The position numbers were made by a program, and so were the translations under genes. From positions 1 to 59,329 of the forward strand of contig CAWJJC010000032.1 in assembly GCA_963843145.1 (NCBI GenBank): DNA of 59,329 nucleotides. The letters run 5' to 3'. This document shows, in pieces, positions 44,466 through 54,481 of this stretch (positions are counted from its first letter, which is position 1; the number at the start of each line of letters is the position of its first letter). The DNA is from an uncultured delta proteobacterium (lineage in GTDB: Bacteria; Desulfobacterota; RBG-13-43-22). A model generated the notes under the pieces. That model saw only the letters and a list, made by a program, of their open reading frames with translations, ran no database searches and was not told the origin of the DNA.

Positions 44466-45308
44466 GTGGTAAATCCCTATATGCCCTATCCGGTCCGTAT
44501 CGATCAGATCGTCACCGAGACCGAAGACCGGAACTTGAAAACATTTAAATTCGTCTTTCTGGACCCGGAAGACGAACAGCGCTTTGCCTACCACTCCGGG
44601 CAGTTCGCCGAACTGTCCATAGCCGGGAAGGGAGAAATCCCCATCGGGATCGCCTCTTCGCCCACGGAACAGGGATTCATTAAATTCACGGTCAACAAAG
44701 TCGGGTTGGTGTCCTCCTTTCTCCACAATATGAAGGAAGGGGAAATTATGGGGGTCCGGGGGCCTCTGGGCAACTGGTATCCACTGGAAGAAATGGAAGG
44801 AAAAACATCGTCATCGTGGCCGGCGGCTTTGCCTTCACCACCCTGCGGTCCACTATCATTTATCTGCTGGAACCCGGCAATAGAACCCGTTTTAAGGATA
44901 TTACCGTCATTTACGGGGCCCGATCGCCGGGCATGCTCCTTTACAAGGATGAATTGGCCGCCTGGGAGGCCCGGGACGACATTAAAATGCATATCACCGT
45001 GGACGGCACCGACGACCCGGACTGGAAATACAACGTGGGTTTCGTCCCGGCCATCACCGAAAAAAAGGCCCCCGGCGCCAAAGACGCCTATCGCCTTGGT
45101 TTGCGGCCCGCCCATTATGATCAAGTTCACCCAACCGGTGCTGGAAAAACTGGGTTTTCCCGCGGAACAGATTATCATGAGCCTGGAAAACCGGATGAAG
45201 TGCGGCATCGGCATGTGCGGCCGTTGCAGCGTAGGCCCGGAATTCGTTTGCAAGGACGGGCCGGTCTTCACGCTGGCCAAATTGAATAGCCTCCCCAAGG
45301 AATATTAA
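44466..45308 (+). CDS. FlxA-like FAD/NAD-binding [2Fe-2S] oxidoreductase; frameshifted
   Basis: GQF, GEIPIGIAS, RGPLGN, AGGFAFTTLR, CGPPIM, MKCGIGMCGRC..CKDGPVF. Confidence 0.87.
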   Translation: MVNPYMPYPVRIDQIVTETEDRNLKTFKFVFLDPEDEQRFAYHSGQFAELSIAGKGEIPIGIASSPTEQGFIKFTVNKVGLVSSFLHNMKEGEIMGVRGPLGNWYPLEEMEGKTSSSWPAALPSPPCGPLSFICWNPAIEPVLRILPSFTGPDRRACSFTRMNWPPGRPGTTLKCISPWTAPTTRTGNTTWVSSRPSPKKRPPAPKTPIALVCGPPIMIKFTQPVLEKLGFPAEQIIMSLENRMKCGIGMCGRCSVGPEFVCKDGPVFTLAKLNSLPKEY

Positions 45309-45378
45309 TTCTTGAATTTTGACAAACAAAGGGATATATTTTAATCGTTTATTTATTCTCTACTGAAGGAGTGTTGCT

Positions 45379-46692
45379 ATGGCCGAACCCCTCAAGGTAA
45401 ACAAGAAAAACAGAAAACTGGCCGTGGATGCCAAGATGGCCGACCTCTGTTTCACCTGCGGCACCTGCGCCGGCGGCTGCCCGGTGACCGGAGTAGACGG
45501 CTTCGATCCCCGCAAGGCCATCCGCATGGCCGCCCTGGGACTGGAGGATGAACTGATCGCTTCCCGCTGGCCCTGGATCTGCACCCTCTGCGGCCGCTGT
45601 GAGAACCAGTGCCCCATGGGGATCAATTTGATGAAAACCTTCCGCAAGGCCCGGACCTTGCGGGACCGGGATAAGGTTCCGGGCCCCATCCACAAGGGGA
45701 CCATGATGAACCTGCAGCGGGGCAACAACCTGGGCATCCCCCGGGATGATTTTTTGATGCTCCTGGGCGACCTGGGACAGGAACTGGCGGCCGACGGCTG
45801 CCCGGGCTTCTATGTGCCGGTGGATAAAAAGGGCGCCAATGTCATCACCACCATCAACTCCAAGGAACCCTTCGGTGAACCGGACGATATGAAGTTCTGG
45901 TGGAAGATTTTTTATGCCGCCAAGGAGGACTGGACCGTTTCCTCCACCAATTGGGAAGGGGTCAACTGGGGCCTCTTCTCCGGAGACGACCCGGCCTGGA
46001 AGGAACAAGTGGGGCGCGTACTGGAGAATGCCCGGAGGTTGGAATGCAAAACCCTCCTCCTACCGGAGTGAGGCCACGCCTACTTTGCGACCCGTGTTGG
46101 TCTGCAAAACTGGTTTCCGGAAGCCTTCAAGGAATTCAAGGTAATCAACGTCTTCGAGTTGATGATCGAGTATATTCAGAGCGGTCGGGTGACCATCGAT
46201 AAATCCCGACACCCCCAACTGACCACGGCTCATGATCCCTGCAATTATACCCGGAAGAGCCAAATGACCTTGGGGAAAAGCTATTCCGACGAAATCCGTT
46301 GGATCACCAAGCAGTTGGTGGATAACTATGTCGACATGTACCCCTCCGGTATGAACAATTATTGCTGTGGGGCCGGCGGCGGGGCCTGGGCCATGCCCTA
46401 TGATAAGGAACGAATTTATTACGGCCGGGTCAAGGCCAAACAGATCCTCGAAACCGGCGCCGAACTGGTGGTCGCCCCTTGCCACAATTGCCGGGATCAG
46501 ATCATGAAAGGACTGACCAAGGAGTACCAGTTGCCTATTGAAACCATGTATCTCTGGGAGCTTTTGGCGGAATCCATCGTCATCGAACCCTGGAGCGATG
46601 AGGAGATCGCCAAGGCCACCGCCCTGCGCGACGCCCAGTTTGAACGGGACGGCGTGGAACTGGAGCCCCTGGAAGAGGAAGAAGAGGAATAA
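45379..46692 (+). CDS. HdrD-like Fe-S/CCG protein; probable selenoprotein (UGA 46069-46071)
   Basis: CFTCGTCAGGCP and CTLCGRCENQCP; LLPE-U-GHA continues in frame into 46159..46692 (HDPCN, CCGAGGG, APCHNC). Confidence 0.87.
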
Positions 46693-46715
46693 TTGATCCG
46701 AAAGGAATAACCCCC

Positions 46716-46749
46716 AAAGGGTCTTGCTCCGGTAAGACCCTTTTTTTTT
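46716..46749 (+). terminator. Intrinsic terminator
   Basis: aaagggtcttgc-tccg-gtaagaccc followed by a T run. Confidence 0.85.
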
Positions 46750-46767
46750 AAAACAGGTTTAAAACCT

Positions 46768-48360
46768 ATGCTCAGCTTAATGCGCAAACACGCTCAATCC
46801 TGGCTGATTAAGATCGCCCTGTTCATTATTGCCATCGTTTTCGTCTTTTGGGGGGTGGGCAGCTTCAAATCCGACCCGACGGCCAAGGTTGCCAAGGTAA
46901 ACGGAAAAACCATTACCCAAAATGAATACCAGCAGGCCTATCAGCAATACCTTCAAATGCTGCAGGGTCCGGAAGGGGGCCGTTTGGATGAGAAGGCCCT
47001 CAAAGAATTAAAGGTTAAAAAGAAAGTCCTGGACCTGCTCATCCAAAAACAGATCATGTCCGACCTTGGAAAAGAAATGGGATTTTCCGTGGGGCCGGAA
47101 GCACTGTCCCGGAAGATCGAACAAATCCCGGCCTTCCAGGAAAACGGCAAATTCAGCCCATCCCGTTACCGGCGGCTTCTACAGTCAAATCGGATAACTC
47201 CCGAGGAGTTTGAAGCCGAACAGGCCTCCGCCCTCTTGGAGGAACGACTGCGATCCTTTATCACTGATTTCGTGAAAATCGAACCCGAAGAAGTCCGCAA
47301 TTTTTACCACTATCTTTCCGATGAAACAAATCTGTACCTGGTTCGGTTTTCCCAGGCGGCGTATGAGAAAAAAATCGTCCCCAACCCCGATCAAATCAAG
47401 GCTTTTTTTACTAAATATTCCGCCCGCTACCAGAACCCGGCGGAAGTCCGAGTCCGCTACCTGGAGATCGATCCCCGGGACTTCGAAAGCTCGGTAGAGG
47501 TGCCGGATAAAGAGGTGCAAGCTTACTATCAGCAAAACCAGGCCAAATTCCTGGACCCGAAGAAGAACCAGCCCCTGCCCTTGGATCAAGTTCAGGAGAA
47601 AATCCGTCAAACCATCAAAGGGGAAAAGACCCGGGAAATCGCCCGGCAGAAGGCGGAGGATCTGTATGATCAACTGTTATTATCCGGAGACCTAAAGGCT
47701 TTTGGAATCAAGGTCAAGGCCAAGGTCCAGGAAACCGGCTGGCTGGTCTTCGGAAAGCCCGGCACCGAGTTAGAGGGGCAGCAAGCTTTTTATGAACAGG
47801 CCTTTGCCTTGAAAAAAGGCGGGATCAGCTCCGTTCTGGACCTGGGCCCACAGCGGGGATTTTTTATTCTTCAATCCGTTGACCGTAAAGAGAGCCAACC
47901 GATGACTTTCGCCCAGGCCGCCTCTCGCGTAGAGCAAGACTGGCGGGTCCACGAGGCCTCGCTCCTGGCTCAAGCGGAGGCGGAAAAATTCTTAAAGGAA
48001 GCCCGGCAACAGAAGGACTGGACGGCCCTGGCCCGGGAAAAAAATCTAACGGTTGAAGAAACCGGATTCTTCTCGCGCTTTAAAAATCCCCCCTCCTGGG
48101 CCAGTTCCCAGGAAAATTTCCAGACGGTCTCCACCTTGAGCGCTTCCCATCCCCTGGCGGACAAAGTGCTGAAAATAGGGTCCGACTATGGGGTCGTCGG
48201 ATTCAAGGCTTATCGGGCGGCCTCCCCGGAAGAATTTGATCAGCAGAAAGACCGCTTCACCACGGTACTACGTCAGCAGAAAAGCGGTCGATTATTGGAG
48301 GAGTGGACCAAGGCCCAGGAGCGGAAAGCCAAGATCAAGCTGTATCAGGAATTCAATTAG
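46768..48360 (+). CDS. ppiD: PpiD-like periplasmic chaperone (SurA N-terminal domain)
   Basis: MLSLMRK..SWLIK, transmembrane FVFWGVG, VAKVNG..I, PAFQENGKF. Confidence 0.8.
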   Translation: MLSLMRKHAQSWLIKIALFIIAIVFVFWGVGSFKSDPTAKVAKVNGKTITQNEYQQAYQQYLQMLQGPEGGRLDEKALKELKVKKKVLDLLIQKQIMSDLGKEMGFSVGPEALSRKIEQIPAFQENGKFSPSRYRRLLQSNRITPEEFEAEQASALLEERLRSFITDFVKIEPEEVRNFYHYLSDETNLYLVRFSQAAYEKKIVPNPDQIKAFFTKYSARYQNPAEVRVRYLEIDPRDFESSVEVPDKEVQAYYQQNQAKFLDPKKNQPLPLDQVQEKIRQTIKGEKTREIARQKAEDLYDQLLLSGDLKAFGIKVKAKVQETGWLVFGKPGTELEGQQAFYEQAFALKKGGISSVLDLGPQRGFFILQSVDRKESQPMTFAQAASRVEQDWRVHEASLLAQAEAEKFLKEARQQKDWTALAREKNLTVEETGFFSRFKNPPSWASSQENFQTVSTLSASHPLADKVLKIGSDYGVVGFKAYRAASPEEFDQQKDRFTTVLRQQKSGRLLEEWTKAQERKAKIKLYQEFN

Positions 48361-48440
48361 GTCCCTCGGGTCAACTCCCAGGACTGAAGCCGGCGACTGA
48401 GAGGACTCAGTCTCCCTCCAAAATCCGGGCTTTCAAATTC

Positions 48441-49877
48441 ATGAGCCTGCTAAAGCAAGCCCGAAAAAATATTGCCTTAAAATTTGCCACGGAGGCGGTC
48501 ATTCGTCTCTTGGCCGCGGCCTTCATCGTCATCCTGGCCCGCCGCTTAGGCGATCAAGATTATGGGAAATATTCCCTGGTTTTTTATTTTGCCGGCTTGA
48601 TCACCATCTTCTGCGATCTGGGGTTAAATACGTTACTGGTCCGAGAGGTTTCCCGCCGCCGGGACCTGCTGTCGGCCTATGCGGGAAATATCCTTTCGCT
48701 GAAAGTTCTGCTCTCCCTGGGGGTCCTCCTCTTGACCCTGGGACTGCTGCCGGCCCTGGGGTATCCCTGGGAGATGGTCGTCTTAATTCTTCTGGGGGTA
48801 TTGAGCCTCCTCGGCAATCATTTAGTGGAATTTCTGGCGGCCCTGACCAACAGCCTGGAAAAATTTGAATACGAACTGGCCATTAAAAGTCTTAATAAGG
48901 GGCTGGTGGTTCTAATTGGCCTGCTCGCACTCTGGGCGGGGGCCGGCTTATGGGGGCTGATCGTTATTATGGTTCTGGCCCAAGGATTCAGCCTGCTGTT
49001 GAACGGAGGCATTATTTGGAAACGGGTCACTCCCCTCTCGTTGCAGATGGATTTTTCTTTCTGGAAGCACCTCCTCCGTGTCACCTGGCCTATCGGTTTA
49101 TCCTTTCTCTTTGTAACCGCCTATGTCCGCTTAGACATTATTCTCCTATCCCTCTTGCGGTCCGGGACGGCCGAGATCGGCTGGTACTCGGTCCCGGTCA
49201 AGATCATCGAGGCCTTTTCCATCTTTCCTTATCTGATCATGTCCGGCCTTTTTCCCATTTTTTCCCTTTTGGGGGACCGGGACCAGGCCCTGCTCCAGGA
49301 GGCCTATCAAAAATCCTTAGGCTACCTGGTGATGATCGCCATCCCCTTGGTCCTCATCACCTTCCAGTTAGCCGATCCCTGGCTGGTGGTCGTTTTTGGG
49401 CCGCTCTTTCAAAATTCCGTTCTTTCCTTGGAAATAATTATCTGGGTGGTCCCGTTCATCTTCGTCCATTACGCCCTGGTCCACGTCCTTTTCTCCCTGA
49501 ATCGGGAAAGGTTGATCATTTTGGGTAGCGCCCTCGCGCTGATTTTCAACCTGGGGAGCAATCTCCTCTTTCTGCCTCGTTATGGGTATCTGGGAGCCAG
49601 TGTGATCACCGTAGTCACAGAAGCGCTCCTGGTATCCTTTTATCTTTTTCACTTACAGCGCTCTTTTCTCCGCCTTCCCCTGGTCAGAAAAACGGCTTCC
49701 CTGGCCTTGAGCGGTGGGGTGATGGCGATCGTTTTCTGGACGTTTAAAACACTGCCGGTGGCCATCTATTGTCTGATCGCCCTAAGCTTTTATGCAACGG
49801 CGCTGATACTGTTCCGCCTGCTGGCCTGGGAGGACTGGCAATTGGTCAAAAGGCTTTTCAGTTACCCTAACGGGTAA
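48441..49877 (+). CDS. Polysaccharide flippase (Wzx family)
   Basis: LARRLG..DYG.Y, DLGL, RLDIILL, IGWYS, PRYGYLGA; multiple transmembrane segments. Confidence 0.88.
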   Translation: MSLLKQARKNIALKFATEAVIRLLAAAFIVILARRLGDQDYGKYSLVFYFAGLITIFCDLGLNTLLVREVSRRRDLLSAYAGNILSLKVLLSLGVLLLTLGLLPALGYPWEMVVLILLGVLSLLGNHLVEFLAALTNSLEKFEYELAIKSLNKGLVVLIGLLALWAGAGLWGLIVIMVLAQGFSLLLNGGIIWKRVTPLSLQMDFSFWKHLLRVTWPIGLSFLFVTAYVRLDIILLSLLRSGTAEIGWYSVPVKIIEAFSIFPYLIMSGLFPIFSLLGDRDQALLQEAYQKSLGYLVMIAIPLVLITFQLADPWLVVVFGPLFQNSVLSLEIIIWVVPFIFVHYALVHVLFSLNRERLIILGSALALIFNLGSNLLFLPRYGYLGASVITVVTEALLVSFYLFHLQRSFLRLPLVRKTASLALSGGVMAIVFWTFKTLPVAIYCLIALSFYATALILFRLLAWEDWQLVKRLFSYPNG

Positions 49878-49913
49878 CCCGAGTAAAAAAAGTCGTAATC
49901 GTTCGGGTTGGAA

Positions 49914-51062
49914 ATGAAAATTGCCATCGACATCCGCACCGTCTTACCTACTCGTTCCGGGGTAGGTAATTATGTGCTCCATCTGGTGGAAAACCTGCTG
50001 CTGGAAGACCGGGAATCCTCCTATTTTTTTCTGTCTCGCCTGGAAAATCTATTTGGCTTAAACATGTCACAGCAGCGGGTGCGGTCCCTCTTAACCATCT
50101 TCTCCCATGAAAACCATCCTTTTGGCGACCTCTGGGAACATTTTATTCTTCCGATTCGCTTAAAAAAAAAGGCCATCGACGTCTTTCACGGACCGGCTTC
50201 TTTGATACCCTTTCGCAAAACGGGTTTTCGCGTTGTGGTCACCATCCATGATCTGGTGGCCTTCCTTTTTCCCCATACCATTCCGATCAAATACGGCGCC
50301 TATATGCGTTATATCTTAAAACACGCCGTACGTCAGGCCGATAAAATTATTTCCGTGTCCTACCACACCCGGGATGATCTGATCCGCATTTTAAACGTCC
50401 CCCCGGAAAAAATCGTCGTTATCCATGAGGCCCCCACTCCTCATTTCCGCCCCATGGAGAAGGAGGAGGCGCAAGCCCGACTGCGGGACCGTTACGGCCT
50501 GACTAAGAAATATCTTTATCACCTCGGAAATATTGAACCCCGCAAAAACCTGATCGTCCTTTTGCAGGCCTTCGCCCAGGTCTGTCGGGAAATGAAGGAG
50601 GATTACGCCCTGGTTTTAAGCGGGCAACCGGGCTGGCTGACCCAGTCCTTACAACGCTTTCTCCAGGATTATCCCCATAAAGACCGGATCCTTTTTACCG
50701 GGTATGTTCCCCGAACCGATCTGCCCCTGTTTATGAACGGAGCGGAGGTGTTCGTTTTCCCCTCCCTCTATGAGGGCTTTGGCTTGCCGGTACTCGAAGC
50801 CATGAGCTGCGGCACCCCGGTAATCTCCTCCAACAGCTCATCCATACCGGAAATTGTGGAGGACGCCGGGCTGTTGATCGACCCCTCCGACCCCCAGGCC
50901 CTGGCGGAGAAAATCATCTTTTTACTGAAAAACCCGGAAGAGCGGGAGCGGCTGAGCGAACGGGGTCTTCAACAGGCCGCTCTTTTTACCTGGCGGGAAT
51001 CCGCCCGCAAGACTTTGGACGTGTATCGTTCGATCGGTCAGCTCAGTTTCCCTTTTGTCTAA
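49914..51062 (+). CDS. Glycosyltransferase family 4
   Basis: VVTIHDL, EPRKN, PSLYEGFGLPVLEAMSCG. Confidence 0.93.
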   Translation: MKIAIDIRTVLPTRSGVGNYVLHLVENLLLEDRESSYFFLSRLENLFGLNMSQQRVRSLLTIFSHENHPFGDLWEHFILPIRLKKKAIDVFHGPASLIPFRKTGFRVVVTIHDLVAFLFPHTIPIKYGAYMRYILKHAVRQADKIISVSYHTRDDLIRILNVPPEKIVVIHEAPTPHFRPMEKEEAQARLRDRYGLTKKYLYHLGNIEPRKNLIVLLQAFAQVCREMKEDYALVLSGQPGWLTQSLQRFLQDYPHKDRILFTGYVPRTDLPLFMNGAEVFVFPSLYEGFGLPVLEAMSCGTPVISSNSSSIPEIVEDAGLLIDPSDPQALAEKIIFLLKNPEERERLSERGLQQAALFTWRESARKTLDVYRSIGQLSFPFV

Positions 51063-51064
51063 AC

Positions 51065-51143
51065 CAGCCAAAAATTTTTCAAATTTTTGGCTGAAATAAA
51101 TTTACATCCATGGTTAGAGACAAATTCTCAGAACAATGGATGT
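51065..51143. repeat. Inverted copy of the two-hairpin element seen at 33067-33201
   Basis: cagccaaaaattt-ttc-aaatttttggctg and acatccatggttagagacaaattctcagaacaatggatgt. Confidence 0.8.
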
Positions 51144-51186
51144 GAAAACCTAACCCGGGTCACCCCGGGGTTGTCGGGAACTATCG

Positions 51187-52266
51187 ATGAAAATCATTTT
51201 TGACGCCCGGGTAATCGAAAAACAGACCCATGGCATTGCCCGTTTTTGTTTGAAGCTTTTAGACCAATTGCTGGCCCTGGACCTTCAAAACGAATATCTG
51301 GTCTTAACCCGTTTTCCCTGGGTAAAGGACTGGTTTCAGCCCCTGGCCCGGGTCAACTGGCGTACGGTGGCCATTCCCCCCTACACCCTTCGGGAACAGA
51401 TGCTGATCCCCTGGCTGCTGAGAAAGGACCCCTTTGATCTTTTCTTTTCACCCACCTACGCCCTGCCCCTGGTCCTGGCCTCCCGGTCGATCCTGACGAT
51501 CCATGACCTCATTCACCTGATTTTTCCTCAAGACTACGGCTGGAAATACCGCTGGTATTACCGCCTCTTGGTCCGCCCGGCGCTGGCTCGATCTCGTCGG
51601 GTCTTCACGGTCTCCGAAAGTTCCCGGCGGGACATCGTCGCTTACCTGGGGGGGCAGGAGGCTAAAATCGAAGTCATCCCTAATGGATTGGATTCTTTTT
51701 GGGTCCCCCGACCGGCAGATCCCGAATTCCTCCAGCGTTATGGACTTACGACCGGTTTCATCCTCTATGTCGGCAACAGCCGCCCGCACAAAAATTTCTC
51801 CCGTGTCCTGGAGGCCTTCAGGCGATTGCTCCAGGAGGGCACCTATTCGGGGAAATTGGTCGTAGTGGGGCTGACCCCTGATCGGGTACCAGCCGAGCTG
51901 TCGGGACGACTGCTTGTTTTACCCTTTTGCCCGGACCTGGAACTGGTGCAATTGTATTCCAGCGCCCAAGTGCTGATGGCCCCCTCACTCTATGAGGGCT
52001 TCGGACTTCCGGTCCTGGAGGCCATGGCCTGCGGCTGCCCGGTGCTGGTCAGCCGGGCCGCTTCCTTGCCGGAAATCACTGGCGCAGCGGGTCTGCAGGT
52101 CGACCCTTTCCAGGTGGAAGCCCTGGTTTCCGGCCTGAAGCAGATCCTGACCGACCCGGTCCGGCGGCAGACCATGATCCGCTCCGGACTGAACCAGGCC
52201 CGCCTTTATTCCTGGAAGGCCTCAGCACAAAAGGTCCTCCAAATTTTTGAAGAAAGCCATGTCTGA
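51187..52266 (+). CDS. Glycosyltransferase family 4
   Basis: LTIHDL, RPHKN, PSLYEGFGLPVLEAMACG. Confidence 0.93.
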   Translation: MKIIFDARVIEKQTHGIARFCLKLLDQLLALDLQNEYLVLTRFPWVKDWFQPLARVNWRTVAIPPYTLREQMLIPWLLRKDPFDLFFSPTYALPLVLASRSILTIHDLIHLIFPQDYGWKYRWYYRLLVRPALARSRRVFTVSESSRRDIVAYLGGQEAKIEVIPNGLDSFWVPRPADPEFLQRYGLTTGFILYVGNSRPHKNFSRVLEAFRRLLQEGTYSGKLVVVGLTPDRVPAELSGRLLVLPFCPDLELVQLYSSAQVLMAPSLYEGFGLPVLEAMACGCPVLVSRAASLPEITGAAGLQVDPFQVEALVSGLKQILTDPVRRQTMIRSGLNQARLYSWKASAQKVLQIFEESHV

Positions 52267-53427
52267 AATCAGAGGGAACGAGGCCTTTTTGAAAACCCTG
52301 CGGGTGGCCCTGGTCCACGACTGGTTAACCGGAATGCGGGGTGGAGAAAAATGCCTGGAGATCTTCTGCGAGATCTTCCCCCAAGCCGACCTCTATACCC
52401 TCTTCCATTTTCCCGGGACGGTCTCTCCGACCATCGAAGGGCATCCCATCCAGACAACCTGGATTCAACACCTGCCCTTTCTGGCCGCTAAATACCGGAA
52501 CTACCTACCCCTCTTTCCCCTGGCCATGGAGGGCCTTTCCTTCAAAGGCTACGATCTGGTCCTGTCCAGCAGCCACTGCGTGGCCAAGGCGGCCCGGGCA
52601 CAGTCCCCGACGAAGCACATCTCCTACGTTTTCACCCCCATCCGCTACGTCTGGGACATGTACGACATCTATTTCGGTCGCGAATCGAAGGCCGGGCACC
52701 TGCCCAAGCTGCTGATGCCTTTGATCGCCCCTCTTTTTCGGAAATGGGATATCTGGACCTGCCGGCGGGTGGATTACTTTATAGCCGATTCCGATCATGT
52801 GCGAAAACGGATCCGGCGCTATTACCAGCGAGAAGCGGAAGTGATCCCGGTCCCGGTCGACACGGGCCAATTTCATCCTGGCCGAAGGGCCTCGGGAATA
52901 CTACCTGATGGTCACAGCCCTGGCCCCTTACAAGCGGGTCGACCTGGCGGTCCGGGCCTTCAATCGCTTGGGAATTCCGCTGATTATCGTGGGAAAAGGC
53001 CCGCTGCGCGAACGGCTCCAAGGGGAATCCAAGAAAAATATCACCTGGTTCGGGTGGGCTGATCCTGAACAGCTTAAACGGTTATACGGGGAATGCCGGG
53101 CTTTGATTTTTCCCGGGGAAGAAGACGCCGGCATTACTCCCCTGGAAGCCCAGGCCTCGGGCCGGCCGGTAGTGGCCTATGGGTTGGGCGGGGCCTTGGA
53201 AACCGTGATTCCCCTGACCGAACTTCAGGCCGGGAATAAAGGATTTTTTCAGCGGGGTCTTTTTTTACCAGCAGACTGAAGAGGCCCTCATGGAGGCCGT
53301 CCGCACCTTGGAGGACCATCTTCATTTGATCCAGCCGGAGAAACTCCAATCCTTTGCCCGGACCTTTGACCGGGAGGTATTTAAAGGGAGAATCATTGAA
53401 TCCATCACCACCAAGCTGAAAACATGA
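52259..53427 (+). CDS. Glycosyltransferase family 4; two frameshifts
   Basis: VALVHDWLTGMRGGEK, SSSHCVAK, PYKRVD, EEDAGITPLEAQASGRPV; a third frame ends at TGA 53427. Confidence 0.88.
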
Positions 53428-53510
53428 ACATTGGGATTACGGACCTTCGGGCCTGTTTTTGGTTTCGGATTTCGGATTTCGAATTTATAGACAACCAAGG
53501 AGATCCTGCC

Positions 53511-53747
53511 ATGGAAGAAATCATGGTCTATTCCCTGCCCACCTGACCGGAGTGTCTGGCCGTGAAAGAGTTCTTTCACCAAAAGGGCGTGACGTATCAG
53601 GAATTCGATCTATCCCAGGACCGGGAGGCCATGGTCCGGATGATTCGCCTGACCAAACAAAAACGGGTCCCGGTAATCCAGAAGGGGGACCGGTTCCTCA
53701 TCGGTTTCAACAGGCAGGAACTGGAACAATTCCTGGCGGCGGTTTAG
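53511..53747 (+). CDS. Glutaredoxin/NrdH-like selenoprotein (UxxC)
   Basis: AAGGAG RBS; MEEIMVYSLPT-U-PEC continues in frame into 53562..53747 (VPVI..IGFN); UGA at 53544-53546. Confidence 0.88.
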
Positions 53748-53766
53748 CAGACAAAAACGTCTTCGC

Positions 53767-53951
53767 GCCCTTTTGGGTGGGTAGCCACAACATAGACTAA
53801 CTTAGTCTGAAATCGGTGCTCCAGGGCCGCCGGGTCTTGGCGAAAGGGTTTTCCACATTTCTTTTTAGGTTCTAACCCGGCCCCTGTCTTGTTAAATCGT
53901 CAACGAGGCAGAGTCGGCCTGACAGCATCAAAAGCCTCCGACCAAAAGGGC
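53767..53951 (+). ncRNA. Candidate structured RNA or miniature element, family unidentified
   Basis: Closing stem gcccttttgg/ccaaaagggc with several internal stems; G-U pairs favour the + strand. Confidence 0.35.
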
Positions 53952-53980
53952 AACCAACGCGGAAAAAGGGATTACCGACT

Positions 53981-54442
53981 GTGAAGCAATTGCTTATTAT
54001 TTATCATTCCCAGGGCGGAAACACCCGCAGGATGGCCGAGGCCGTGGCGGAGGGTGCGGAGGAAATCGCGGGCCTGGCCGTCCAGCTCAGGCCCGTCCAG
54101 CAGGTCACCTCCGAAGCATTGCTGGCCTGCGACGGATTGGTCCTCGGCTCACCGGAATATTTCGGGTACATGGCCGGGGGGGTCAAGGATCTTTTTGACC
54201 GCACCTACGAAACGCTCCGGGGTCACCCGAAGATTTTTCGTAAGCCCTACGCGGCCTTCATCAGCGCCGGGAATGACGGGTCCGGGGCTTTGCAGTCTAT
54301 CGAACGGATCTGCACCGGATTTCAGTTCAAGAAAGTCCAGGCCCCGGTGATCGCCCGTGGCCCGATTGACGAAACAGTACTGGAGGCTTGTCGGGGGCTG
54401 GGCAGGACCATGGCCGCCGGATTGGAAGCGGGTATTTTTTAG
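53981..54442 (+). CDS. Flavodoxin-fold NAD(P)H-dependent oxidoreductase
   Basis: YHSQGGNTRRMA, GSPEYFGYMAG..KDLFDR, AGNDG. Confidence 0.85.
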   Translation: MKQLLIIYHSQGGNTRRMAEAVAEGAEEIAGLAVQLRPVQQVTSEALLACDGLVLGSPEYFGYMAGGVKDLFDRTYETLRGHPKIFRKPYAAFISAGNDGSGALQSIERICTGFQFKKVQAPVIARGPIDETVLEACRGLGRTMAAGLEAGIF

Positions 54443-54481
54443 CTCTAAACCCAAGGTTATTTACTGGAAAACGTTTATATT

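Noticed and set aside
53767-53951. 6S RNA, c-di-GMP-I riboswitch or HEARO/omega RNA
   Set aside because: The length fits 6S and short words resemble the others (aaagcctccg, cagactaag), but the remaining conserved motifs and usual gene contexts are missing. Kept as unidentified.
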